DNA of 64,000 nucleotides from Candidatus Saccharimonadales bacterium (GCA_035717985.1 DASTHW010000013.1:73436-137435); one strand, 5' to 3'; shown: positions 45,139 through 54,271, counted from the first letter of the stretch. The notes: a model not told the origin generated them from the sequence alone. Numbers and translations: made by a program.

Positions 45139-46386
45139 TTATTCTAATGTTATTTTAGAGACGAATGCTTTTAAGCTGTGCCTGAAAGACTGGGCTGAGA
45201 AATTTTGGCTGAAATTCTGAATATAGTCATTATCAAAGCTGGTGGCTGAGAAGTCTTTTACGGCTTTTGCTAAGCTGGCGGGCGTTTGCTTATCAAAAAA
45301 AAGGCCAGTTTTAGCAGGGATGACATAGTCAAGGGCGCCGCCGGCCTTATAGGCGATAACCGGCGTGCCGGCGCTTAACGCCTCAACCGCCACAATGCCA
45401 AAATCATCCAGATTGGGCAGGATGAAGGCCAGGGAAGTCTTAAAATAATGAGCCATATCAGTGTCCGATGGGTTTTTGATGAATGTAATTTTACGGCCAG
45501 CTAGTCTTTCTAGGCGTTTGTGATCGGGCCCATTACCTAGTACCAGCAGGGGCAGGTCCAGTTGATTAAAGGCCTCAACCACTAAATCGATTCGTTTATA
45601 CGGCGTCTGCCGGCCGGCGGTCACAAAGCCACGCCGTAGCTCATCGGCTTTTTTGGCAAACCGCTCGGTGTCTACAGGTGGGTGAATGACCTCGGCCGCA
45701 CGATTGTAGAATTTTTTAATCATCTCTTTGGTGTGCTTGGAGTTGGTAACGATATAATCCGGCCTTTGAGCGGCTTTATAGTCCCAGCGCCGCAAGGGGC
45801 CGACCAACAGCTTTAGGCCCAGGCGGGCCAGGGGATCCAGCCAGCCGAAGCCGGGATTTTTCAAATATTCATCGTATCGGACCCAATAGTAGTGGGTTGG
45901 CGAGTGAACATAGGCGATGTGCGTCGCCTTGGTAGATGGTAGATGGTAGGCGGTAGATAGGCCAGACGCTTTCAGGACTCTTTTTTTGAATTGCGCCCAT
46001 CTACTATCTACTAATGCCCAACTACTAGTCTTCACTCCCTTAGCCTCGGCGCCGCTGGAAGAAATTACTAAATCATATTCACTTAAATCTAGATGGCTAA
46101 AATACCAGGCGCGGGCTAAAGGCAAAAATTTGCGCAGGCTTTTGGGTAGTTTATTCAGCCAGCCAGTGCGTACGTCGGCGTCGGCAAACCAGTTTTCACC
46201 ATGCCAAGCGCTAGGCCGCTTATCATACTGGCTGGTATAAATCGGCGCCTCCGGGTAAAGCTTATGTAGCTCCAACACTACCCGCTCAGCGCCTCCGGTG
46301 CCAATCAGCCAATCGCAAACCAAAGCAACCGAAGGCCGTTTTGGATTTACCATTTTCCGTTTACCGTTTGCCAAATTATTTACCAT
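45139..46386 (-). CDS. GT4-family glycosyltransferase carrying an in-frame repeat-rich insertion
   Basis: 415 aa. Contains CDWLIGTGGAERV, HIAYVHSPTHYYW and DDFGIVAVEALSAGTPVIA. An extra segment of about 35 aa (WALVDSRWAQFKKRVLKASGLSTAYHLPSTKAT) lies between conserved blocks. An alternative start is at 46353. Confidence 0.8.
   Translation of the reverse strand: MVNNLANGKRKMVNPKRPSVALVCDWLIGTGGAERVVLELHKLYPEAPIYTSQYDKRPSAWHGENWFADADVRTGWLNKLPKSLRKFLPLARAWYFSHLDLSEYDLVISSSGAEAKGVKTSSWALVDSRWAQFKKRVLKASGLSTAYHLPSTKATHIAYVHSPTHYYWVRYDEYLKNPGFGWLDPLARLGLKLLVGPLRRWDYKAAQRPDYIVTNSKHTKEMIKKFYNRAAEVIHPPVDTERFAKKADELRRGFVTAGRQTPYKRIDLVVEAFNQLDLPLLVLGNGPDHKRLERLAGRKITFIKNPSDTDMAHYFKTSLAFILPNLDDFGIVAVEALSAGTPVIAYKAGGALDYVIPAKTGLFFDKQTPASLAKAVKDFSATSFDNDYIQNFSQNFSAQSFRHSLKAFVSKITLE
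45931..46012. repeat. Heptamer-based imperfect inverted repeat inside the GT gene
   Basis: Plus strand: GGTAGAT GGTAGAT GGTAGGC GGTAGAT at 45931-45958. A 40-nt spacer containing a T7 run follows. Then ATCTACT ATCTACT at 45999-46012, which is the reverse complement of AGTAGAT x2. Confidence 0.6.
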
Positions 46387-46458
46387 TTTTCATTGTTGAA
46401 ACAACCTTTTGTAGAATCAAATTAAGCTCCAGAGCCTCTATGTTAAATGTAAATTGAC

Positions 46459-47904
46459 TCACTTGGCTCCGGTTCGGCTAACGACCACGCGGACAGTTTT
46501 AACTAAAATCACTATATCCAGCCAAAGACTCCAGTTTTGGACGTAGTAAATATCCAGCTTGCGGCGCTCGGCAAACGGCAGGTCTTTACGGCCGGATATT
46601 TGAGCTAGGCCGGTGACGCCGGATTTAACACTTAAAATAGAGTGCTTTTTCTCATAGGTGCTTAATTCTTGCGGGATTAGGGCTCTGGGCCCAACCAGGC
46701 TTAAATCACCTTTTATTACATTAAATAACTGAGGTAGCTCATCAAGGCTAGTTTTTCTCAGAAACAAGCCGATTCGGCTGTAGCGCGGGTCGTCTGGCAA
46801 GTACTCGCGATTATCATAAAACTCTTTCAATAGTTCGGGTCTGCCCATTTTGGCAAAAGCCTGTGCATGGGTTAGGCTGTTATATTCGGCTTTGGCAGTG
46901 CGGAATTTGAAAACCCTAAATTGATTATTGAATCTAGTTAACCTGGTTTGCCGGAAGAAAACGCCGCCCCGGCCGCCAAACAGTAAAATTAAAAGCGCGA
47001 TAATCAGCATAAAGGGTGAGGCTATAATCAATAAAATTCCCCCGGCTAAAATATCGAAAAGCCTTTTGATAATCCGACCCCAGCCAATTAAAGCCGTTTG
47101 GTGCACGGCGATGACTGGCACCGAGGAGCGAAATAGCTCAACGGCAATATTACCAACAAACAATTCACTATTGCCTGGGACAAAACGGTAAGAAATATGG
47201 TTGGTCTGGGCAAATTCCAAAATCTGATCATTGCGCTCAGAGGCCGAAAACAGCTCGGTCTGCACAATAGAGTGTATTTTCTCGGCCGGCAGTTTAGCGG
47301 TAGCCTCATCAAAGCTGTCAAAAACAGCAATATGCGGATATTTTTCCTTAGAATGAGCTTTAGTGCCTACAACGCCGACTATCCGGTAACCGCTTAGGGC
47401 CGGGTTAGCCAGACTGGCTACCAGCTCGCTGGCGATTTTAGTGTTACCGACAATTAAAAGATTAGTTATGCCGGTACCGTGCGAATAAAGTTTTATCCTG
47501 ACTGCCCGGGCCGAATTGCGAAAAATTAGCAGAAATAAAAACCCCAGGATAAAGCCGTAAACCGGTACCAGCTTAGACGGAAAAACCGGATTGTTATCAG
47601 CATAAGCATAGGACGCCACAAACAGCAGACCGACAAAAGAACCAATCAGCAGGCGCCCGGTTTCGGCAAAACGCTTTTCTAAAATGTTATTACTATAGAG
47701 CCCCAGCAGGGCAAAAAATAAAATCCAAAACGGCAAAAGTGCTAAAAATATGTCGGCGTAGGAGCCGGCCGTGATAGGGTGAGCCACCGGGGTATGATAA
47801 AGCTTGCCACGGATAACATAGGCCGCCACAAAGGCCGCCACCAGGGCTAAAAAATCGCCCACCACTAAAATTAAACTGTAGATGAGCGACGCATTACTTT
47901 TCAT
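46459..47904 (-). CDS. Polyprenyl-phosphate sugar phosphotransferase (WbaP/bacterial sugar transferase family), priming enzyme
   Basis: 481 aa with N-terminal TM helices. The C-terminal domain has KRLFDILAGGILLIIASPFMLIIALLI, DELPQLFNVIKGDLSLVGPRA and a DIYYVQNW-type motif. Confidence 0.88.
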   Translation of the reverse strand: MKSNASLIYSLILVVGDFLALVAAFVAAYVIRGKLYHTPVAHPITAGSYADIFLALLPFWILFFALLGLYSNNILEKRFAETGRLLIGSFVGLLFVASYAYADNNPVFPSKLVPVYGFILGFLFLLIFRNSARAVRIKLYSHGTGITNLLIVGNTKIASELVASLANPALSGYRIVGVVGTKAHSKEKYPHIAVFDSFDEATAKLPAEKIHSIVQTELFSASERNDQILEFAQTNHISYRFVPGNSELFVGNIAVELFRSSVPVIAVHQTALIGWGRIIKRLFDILAGGILLIIASPFMLIIALLILLFGGRGGVFFRQTRLTRFNNQFRVFKFRTAKAEYNSLTHAQAFAKMGRPELLKEFYDNREYLPDDPRYSRIGLFLRKTSLDELPQLFNVIKGDLSLVGPRALIPQELSTYEKKHSILSVKSGVTGLAQISGRKDLPFAERRKLDIYYVQNWSLWLDIVILVKTVRVVVSRTGAK

Positions 47905-47925
47905 CTATACTAGATTGTAGCATTT

Positions 47926-49257
47926 ATGCGCAGATTTACCCCTGTTAGCCTGAGCGCCGTTTTAGCCTGGATTACCGGCTTCATTCTAGTATTGGTGCCG
48001 TTTCATGCTTTTATTACAGTTTGGCTGGCTAGCATTCTCGGCCACTACACCCTCCTTCGGCTTTGGAAGGAATTTTTACTAGCCATTTTACTGGCCGGGG
48101 TACTTTACTATTTGGTAGTCGATAAAGCGGTCCGCCAAAAATTTTTAGCCGACAAGCTTGTATGGCTGATTGGCCTATATGCGCTACTACTGCTGATCTG
48201 GGGGTTGGTACCGCTAGCGCGTCATGAAATCGCGGCTAAGGCGGTATGGTACGGATTGCTGGTAGACCTTCGCTTTTTAGCTTTCTTTTTGGCAGTTTTG
48301 ATATTAGCGGCTCGAGCTAGTAGCCTAAAAGCCAACTGGATTAGGATTTTACTGGTCCCGGCGGCGATAGTCGCCGGCTTTGCCGTCTTAGAATATTTAG
48401 TTTTACCTTATGACTTTCTGCGGCACTTTGGCTACGGCCCGGCTACCATCAGTCCGTACGAAACCATTAATAACAATCTAAACCATATAAGAGTGATGTC
48501 TACATTGCGCGGCGCTAACCCGCTGGGGGCGTATCTAATACTGCCGCTCTGCGCGGCGGCCGCTATCGGTCTTAAAAATAGAGGCCGCCGGGTGGTGCTT
48601 TCGGCTTTAGGTTTAATCTTTATATTGGCTCTACTTTTTAGTTTTTCACGTAGCGCATGGGTTGGTGCCGTTTTAGGGTTGGCGGCCGTAGCCGGCTTGT
48701 CGCTTAAATCAGCTAGGCAATACAAATTGGCTGGAGGCGTGGTAGCGGCCTTAATAGTTCTGATCGTTCTGGCGCTGGTTATTTTTAGCAACAATCTTGG
48801 CTTTGAAGACATTATTTTCCATACCGACAAGGCTTCAAGTGTTAAGACTAGCTCAAATGGTCAGCATGCCTCGGCCTTTAAAAATGGATTGTCAGATATA
48901 GTTCATCAGCCGTTCGGCGCCGGAGTGGGTAGCGCTGGACCGCAGTCTGTTTATAATCATAGCCAAGCCCGCATTGCTGAGAATTACTTTTTGCAAATTG
49001 GCCAGGAAGCCGGCTGGCCGGCTATGATTGGTTTTATAGCTATCTGTGTTGTCGTGGCCGTACGGTTATTTAAGCGGCGCGGTTCTACCTTGGCCCTGGC
49101 TTTGCTGGCCAGCCTAATTGGTATTAGTTTTGTTAATCTGCTTAGCCATGCCTGGGCTGATGATACTTTGGCCTACACCTGGTGGGGTTTGGCAGGTATA
49201 GCCCTGGCACCTGTTCTGCTCACCAGGCCGTATAAGCCTGCCGCCAAGCCTAGCTAG
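47926..49257 (+). CDS. O-antigen ligase/polymerase-like (Wzy_C family) polytopic membrane protein
   Basis: 443 aa with at least 10 TM helices. The motif region is LLFSFSRSAWVGAVLGL, followed by a periplasm-type loop. Confidence 0.75.
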   Translation: MRRFTPVSLSAVLAWITGFILVLVPFHAFITVWLASILGHYTLLRLWKEFLLAILLAGVLYYLVVDKAVRQKFLADKLVWLIGLYALLLLIWGLVPLARHEIAAKAVWYGLLVDLRFLAFFLAVLILAARASSLKANWIRILLVPAAIVAGFAVLEYLVLPYDFLRHFGYGPATISPYETINNNLNHIRVMSTLRGANPLGAYLILPLCAAAAIGLKNRGRRVVLSALGLIFILALLFSFSRSAWVGAVLGLAAVAGLSLKSARQYKLAGGVVAALIVLIVLALVIFSNNLGFEDIIFHTDKASSVKTSSNGQHASAFKNGLSDIVHQPFGAGVGSAGPQSVYNHSQARIAENYFLQIGQEAGWPAMIGFIAICVVVAVRLFKRRGSTLALALLASLIGISFVNLLSHAWADDTLAYTWWGLAGIALAPVLLTRPYKPAAKPS

Positions 49258-49422
49258 TCGCACTGCCTATACTCTCAATGCCGGGCTTCGTTACTGATTC
49301 TGGGTGCTCCCTCGCTGTATAGGAATACAGCTTTGGTCCGCGCCCCCTCAGTGCCTAGCCCGACCTTGAGCCTGACAAGCAGAATGTATGATAACTGCTA
49401 TACTTTTAGCGTAAGTATTATC

Positions 49423-49914
49423 ATGCTAAAGCTGAAGTCGCGCCAGCGTAAGCTGGCCATCCAATTCATCGAGTATGCCATTTCCGGCGGCGTCTATTTT
49501 TGGGTCGGCTATATCTTGCTGGACATCTTTTATTACGCCTGGCACTGGAACCTCTGGTGGTCGACTATCGCCAGTAGTGTCATCGGCTGGGTGGTCAACT
49601 ACGTGCTTCAGTACTACTGGGTATTTAAAAATCCCAGCCTAGCTGAACACCGCACCCGGACTACTGGCCGCTACCTGGTTATTACCGTAGTCGACTGGGT
49701 AATTAATTATTTGATTTTGACGGCGCTTAGATCGGTTGGTATCACGCCGGCCATCGGCCAGTTCGGTAGTGCCGCCTTCTTCACGGTCTGGAATTATCTG
49801 TGGTACCGTTTTTGGGTATTCCCCAAGCCGGGCGACCATTTGAGGCTCAGGGCCAACTTAATCAGATTTTTTATTCACCGGCCGCACGGGCCTAGCACTT
49901 ACCGGAGAGCTTAA
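49423..49914 (+). CDS. GtrA-family membrane protein
   Basis: The start was moved to the ATG at 49423 (MLKLKSRQRKLAIQFIEYAISGGVYFWVGY). It has 4 TM helices and NYLWYRFWVF, typical of GtrA. Confidence 0.75.
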   Translation: MLKLKSRQRKLAIQFIEYAISGGVYFWVGYILLDIFYYAWHWNLWWSTIASSVIGWVVNYVLQYYWVFKNPSLAEHRTRTTGRYLVITVVDWVINYLILTALRSVGITPAIGQFGSAAFFTVWNYLWYRFWVFPKPGDHLRLRANLIRFFIHRPHGPSTYRRA

Positions 49915-49915
49915 A

Positions 49916-50395
49916 GTGGCTGAAACTGGAACAATCCGGCCCACTAAAAAACAGCAGGAACTGCTAAACTACATTGAAACTTTTATTGGCCAATACGGCT
50001 ACAGCCCCAGCTACCGCGAGATCATGAAAGGCTTAAATTACACCTCGGTGGCTACTGTCAGCCTGCACGTTAATAGCCTTATAAGCCGTGGCCACCTAAA
50101 AAAGCGCGACCGCTCAGCCCGGTCTTTAGAAGTTGTTAAGGCCAGCCCTCAAGCATCTGACAAAATCAGCCCTAAGCAGTTAAACGCCAGCGAAGAAAAG
50201 TGGCTAGTCGATAAAGTGGAACTATTTTTTAAGGAAGCTGAAGATCTGCCTAGAGCCGAGCAGGCTCAGCTGGACCAGCTTTATGTTTTAGTTGGCGCCT
50301 TAAAGGTGCTTGGCCTCACTGGCGCCGCCAGCTCTTACTCGGCCCGCTTAAGTGTCCTTAAAAAACCGGCTACCGAGACCGAATACGCCGTTTAA
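49916..50395 (+). CDS. LexA-N-terminal-type winged-helix DNA-binding protein lacking the S24 peptidase domain
   Basis: GTG start. The segment TKKQQELLNYIETFIGQYGYSPSYREIMKGLNYTSVATVSLHVNSLISRGHLKK matches the LexA DNA-binding domain. The remaining 85 aa or so are helical/charged and have no Ser-Lys dyad region. Confidence 0.7.
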   Translation: MAETGTIRPTKKQQELLNYIETFIGQYGYSPSYREIMKGLNYTSVATVSLHVNSLISRGHLKKRDRSARSLEVVKASPQASDKISPKQLNASEEKWLVDKVELFFKEAEDLPRAEQAQLDQLYVLVGALKVLGLTGAASSYSARLSVLKKPATETEYAV

Positions 50396-50406
50396 TGCCA
50401 CGTTTC

Positions 50407-52101
50407 TCAGGCAGTCTCGCTATAAATATATTTACCGCCCCTTAGCCACGAGGCCCCGGCGGCAATCAGGCAGGCTATAACCGCAAAAGTTAATACTACT
50501 ACTAGCCCGTGCTTAAACGGGCCAGCAATAAGATGCGGGAAGAATTCTTTAGAAGTCAGCCGGCTGGCCTGGGCGTGCGATAGGTGATTTAAAACATGAG
50601 GGCCCAGCAGAGTGCGCAAGGGGTTATAACCTAAAAAGGCGGCGAACAAGTAGCTGATTGCCGGCAAATGCGACAAGTTGGCGGCAGTGGCGGCTGGCAC
50701 GCCGTTAGCCGTTAAGCCACTGTAAATGCTAGCCGGCACATGGGCCGTGAGGCCAACAATCATCAGGCTAAAAAAGATACCGATAGATAGCGGCATGCCG
50801 ATGTTCATAAAGGTAGCCCGCATGCCCGAAGCCACGCCGCGAAAGCGGGCCGGCACCGAGTTCATAATCCCGGCAGTATTGGGCGAGCTAAACATGCCAA
50901 AGGCTAGTCCGTTAACCAGCAAAATTAGGGCGAATAAATAGTAGGGGAAATTGACCGGCAGTAACATCATTAGCCCAAAACTTAACCCAGCTAAAATCAT
51001 GCCGCCGGTAGCAAACGGCCGGGCGCCATATTTATCTGATAAATAGCCAGAAAGTGGCCCGGCGATTAAAAAGCCGGCCGTCGTTGGTAGCATGTAGATG
51101 CCGGCCCATAACGGTGTGTCGGTAAAGGCATAGCCGTGCAGTGGTAGCCAAATGCCCTGAAGCCACATAATCAGCATGAACTGCAAGCCGCCCCGGCCGA
51201 CGGCGGCCATCAGCCCGGCAATATTGCCGGCCGTGAAGGCTCTAATTTTAAAGAGACTCAAATTAAACATCGGCTCACTGACCCGCCGCTCAATAAAAAT
51301 AAAAGCAATCAGCGCCGCCAGCCCGCCCAAAATCATACCAATCACAAAGGGATCAGCCCAGCCCATCGGCGATGAGCCGTAGGGGCGGATACCGTAGGTT
51401 ATGCCGGTAAGTAACATTGCCAGTCCGGCGGCAAAGGTGATATTGCCCAGCCAGTCCAGCCGGGCCGGGTGAAAGACATCAATTTCTTTAAGGGCTAAAT
51501 ATGACCACAGAGTACCAATAATACCTATTGGAACGTTAAAGAAAAATACCCAGCGCCAAGAGTACTGGGACAAAAAGCCGCCGACCAAAATACCGACAAA
51601 CGAGCCGGCCATGGCCGAAATCTGGTTAACGCCCAGCGCCATACCGCGCTGATTCTCCGGAAAGGCATCAGTTAAAATGGCCGCCGAGTTGGCCATCAGC
51701 ATAGCGCCGCCGACTGCCTGAACCATCCTAAAAATAATTAGCTCTAGCGCTCCGGCCGAGCCGTGGCTGAAGGTCAAAGTAGCCAAGAGCGCGCCCAGAG
51801 TAAAAATGATAAAGCCTAAATTATACATTTTGACCCGGCCAAACATATCGCCCAGACGGCCCAGCGCCACTACCAAAACGGCGGTTACTAGCATGTATCC
51901 CAGCAAAATCCAGAGTAGATAAGTAAAACTGCTAGGGCTTAGCGGGTTGATGTGGATGCCTCGAAAAATTACCGGCAAGGCAATAATCAAGCTGGTAGAG
52001 TTGAGCGCCGCCAGCAACACGCCCAGCGTAGTGTTAGATAGGGCTATCCATTTATAATGCGGACTTTGTTTATTGGCATGGCGAAGTAAGCTCTTAATCA
52101 T
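50407..52101 (-). CDS. MFS transporter, DHA2 (EmrB/QacA, 14-TMS) family
   Basis: 564 aa. Contains LGRLGDMFGRVKMY (motif A-like). Many TM helices are present and the length fits a 14-TMS drug:H+ antiporter. Confidence 0.85.
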   Translation of the reverse strand: MIKSLLRHANKQSPHYKWIALSNTTLGVLLAALNSTSLIIALPVIFRGIHINPLSPSSFTYLLWILLGYMLVTAVLVVALGRLGDMFGRVKMYNLGFIIFTLGALLATLTFSHGSAGALELIIFRMVQAVGGAMLMANSAAILTDAFPENQRGMALGVNQISAMAGSFVGILVGGFLSQYSWRWVFFFNVPIGIIGTLWSYLALKEIDVFHPARLDWLGNITFAAGLAMLLTGITYGIRPYGSSPMGWADPFVIGMILGGLAALIAFIFIERRVSEPMFNLSLFKIRAFTAGNIAGLMAAVGRGGLQFMLIMWLQGIWLPLHGYAFTDTPLWAGIYMLPTTAGFLIAGPLSGYLSDKYGARPFATGGMILAGLSFGLMMLLPVNFPYYLFALILLVNGLAFGMFSSPNTAGIMNSVPARFRGVASGMRATFMNIGMPLSIGIFFSLMIVGLTAHVPASIYSGLTANGVPAATAANLSHLPAISYLFAAFLGYNPLRTLLGPHVLNHLSHAQASRLTSKEFFPHLIAGPFKHGLVVVLTFAVIACLIAAGASWLRGGKYIYSETA

Positions 52102-52112
52102 TTCAAATTAAA

Positions 52113-53726
52113 TCACTCTGTCTCTAGGGCGGCACCCTTAGCTACGTCTGCGGCCGAGCCCCTTAGTGGTGTCTCGCGCAGGAAAAGGGCCGCAATAAAA
52201 GCCGCCGCTACAAACGGTATGCCAATCAAAAACATGTCATGGAAAGAGCGGATAAAGGCAAGTAGGACATCGTGCTGGACGCTGGCCGGCACATGCTTAA
52301 GACCGGCGGTGCCGCTCTGGGTAATGGCAGAAATAGAGACATGTTTAAGAGCCTCTGGCGGTATGGCTTGCATAAGATGACGCGTCAGCCGCGAAATCAA
52401 TACTGTACCAAACACTGCGCCGCCTAGGGCGCTACCAATTGTTCTAAAGAATGTCGTGCTGGAGGTGGCTGTGCCCATTTGCGAGCGCTCCACCGAGTTT
52501 TGGACCGCCAGGGTCATAACCTGCATGAAAGAGCCTAGCCCCAGACCGATTATGACCATCCAAGCAGACAGCGTCAGCACGCTGGTAGTCAGCGTAACGT
52601 GGCTAAACAGCCACATACCCAGAGCTATCATCACGGCGCCAAAAATCGGGAAAGGCTTATAGCGGCCATATTTGGTAATCAGCCGCCCGGAGGTAATCGA
52701 AGCTGTCATCAGCCCGGCTACCAGCGGGAGCATGGCTAGGCCGGATTTGGTTGGACTATAGCCGCGGACCACTTGCTGGTACTGCGGGATATATAAAATG
52801 GCCGCAAACATGGCAATGCCCATCAGCACACTTAGTAGAACCGAGACGCTGAAAATGTCGTTTTTAAACAAATTCATTGGGATTAACGGCTCGGCGGCCC
52901 GCCTTTCCCAAAATACAAACCAGATACCAAAGACCAGCGTGCTGGCGATGAGACCCAAGATTTCCGAGCTGGTCCAGGCATAAGTTACGCCGGCCCAGAC
53001 AGAGACCAAAATTAAACTGACTACCGAAACGCTCATCAGGCCGGCACCAAAATAATCCACCTTGTGTTCGCGCCGGTGGACCGGCAAGTGCAGGCGGGCG
53101 GCTACGGCCGACAGGGCAATTACGCCTAGGGGCAAGTTAATGTAGAAAATCCAGCGCCAGCCGGCTATACCAAGCGCCGTCGGCAGGTCAGCTAAAAAGC
53201 CGCCAAGTAGCGGCCCGACTACGCTAGACAAGCCCCAAACGGCGCCAAAATAACCCTGGTAGCGCCCCCGCTGACGCGGCGGGATGACGTCGCCGATAAT
53301 GGCCAGCACCAGGCTCATCAGTCCGCCGGCCCCCAGGCCCTGGATGGCCCTAAATATCACCAGCTGATCCATGCTGTGGGACAGACCGCACAGTGCTGAG
53401 CCCAGCAGAAAGATGACAATCGCAATTTGGAAAATTTTCTTTCGGCCGAACAGGTCGCCAATCTTACCGTAAATTGGCGTGACGATAGCGCTGGTTAGCA
53501 GATATGCGGTAGCAACCCAGGCATATTTATTAAGCCCATTCAGATCAACGGCGATTTTGGGTAGCGCAGTAGAGACAATGGTCTGGTCCAGTGCGGCCAG
53601 TAACATTACCATCATCAGGGCGCCGATGACCACCATAATCTCGCCATGACTGCGCTCGGCGTGTAAGTCTTCCGGCGCCGGCGCCGATAAAGTGCCGCTA
53701 ACTTTACTAGCTAATTTCTTAATCAC
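52113..53726 (-). CDS. MFS transporter, DHA2 (EmrB/QacA) family
   Basis: 537 aa. Contains LDQTIVSTALPKI and GKIGDLFGRKKIF. It is a paralogue of the adjacent pump and overlaps marR by 4 nt. Confidence 0.85.
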   Translation of the reverse strand: MIKKLASKVSGTLSAPAPEDLHAERSHGEIMVVIGALMMVMLLAALDQTIVSTALPKIAVDLNGLNKYAWVATAYLLTSAIVTPIYGKIGDLFGRKKIFQIAIVIFLLGSALCGLSHSMDQLVIFRAIQGLGAGGLMSLVLAIIGDVIPPRQRGRYQGYFGAVWGLSSVVGPLLGGFLADLPTALGIAGWRWIFYINLPLGVIALSAVAARLHLPVHRREHKVDYFGAGLMSVSVVSLILVSVWAGVTYAWTSSEILGLIASTLVFGIWFVFWERRAAEPLIPMNLFKNDIFSVSVLLSVLMGIAMFAAILYIPQYQQVVRGYSPTKSGLAMLPLVAGLMTASITSGRLITKYGRYKPFPIFGAVMIALGMWLFSHVTLTTSVLTLSAWMVIIGLGLGSFMQVMTLAVQNSVERSQMGTATSSTTFFRTIGSALGGAVFGTVLISRLTRHLMQAIPPEALKHVSISAITQSGTAGLKHVPASVQHDVLLAFIRSFHDMFLIGIPFVAAAFIAALFLRETPLRGSAADVAKGAALETE

Positions 53727-54157
53727 TCTTGGCTCTCCTGGTTGGCGGCGTCGGCTAATTTTTGATGCAGTTCATGCAATACTTTTAATTCGTGGTCGCT
53801 TAGAGCGCTCATAGCCGAGCGCAGGCCGCCCATTTTATAACGGTTTAGTTTAATGACTAACTGCCGGCCCCTAGTAGTTAGGGCAATGACGGCTACCCGC
53901 CGGTCGGCAGTATCTGGCGCCCGGCTAACGAGACCCTTATCGATTAGCTGTTCAATCAACTGAGTGACGGCGCTTTTACTGATGCCCAAATGATCGGCCA
54001 GCTGTTTCATATTTATACCGGGCCGGTAAAACAGGGTATAAAGCATTCCCAGCTGGGCTCTAGACAGCTGGGTTTTTTGCCAGACAATTGGGCTTAGAGC
54101 CCGCTGAAGCCTGGCCACATTCTCAATAATCTCCTGAATTTTTTCGGCTCGATTCAT
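53723..54157 (-). CDS. MarR-family transcriptional regulator
   Basis: 144 aa. Winged-HTH region: MKQLADHLGISKSAVTQLIEQLIDKGLVSRAPDTADRRVAVIALT. Confidence 0.88.
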   Translation of the reverse strand: MNRAEKIQEIIENVARLQRALSPIVWQKTQLSRAQLGMLYTLFYRPGINMKQLADHLGISKSAVTQLIEQLIDKGLVSRAPDTADRRVAVIALTTRGRQLVIKLNRYKMGGLRSAMSALSDHELKVLHELHQKLADAANQESQE

Positions 54158-54159
54158 TT

Positions 54160-54200
54160 ATTTTAGTTAAGCTATTAAATAGTTAAGATACTTAAATGTT
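54160..54200. promoter_or_regulatory. Candidate MarR operator/promoter region
   Basis: Direct repeat TAGTTAAG at 54164-54171 and 54180-54187. Perfect palindrome TTAAG-ATA-CTTAA at 54184-54196. Both lie immediately upstream of marR. Confidence 0.4.
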
Positions 54201-54223
54201 AACAAACTTAACGAATGAGGTCA

Positions 54224-54249
54224 AGAAAAAAGCCCCGTTTAAGGGGCCA
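54224..54249 (-). terminator. Rho-independent terminator after the Pro-rich small protein gene
   Basis: The minus strand reads GGCCCC-TTAAAC-GGGGCT followed by TTTTTT. Confidence 0.7.
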
Positions 54250-54271
54250 ATTTCTGTTAAAGCAAAACTAG

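Noticed and set aside
46345-46393. Duplicated start context AAAATGGTAAAT (two in-frame ATGs 33 nt apart) plus a 5-codon upstream mini-ORF ahead of the GT gene
   Set aside because: This is a real sequence feature but too short to interpret. It probably reflects a small duplication, and I cannot tell which ATG is used. It is noted only as start-site uncertainty.
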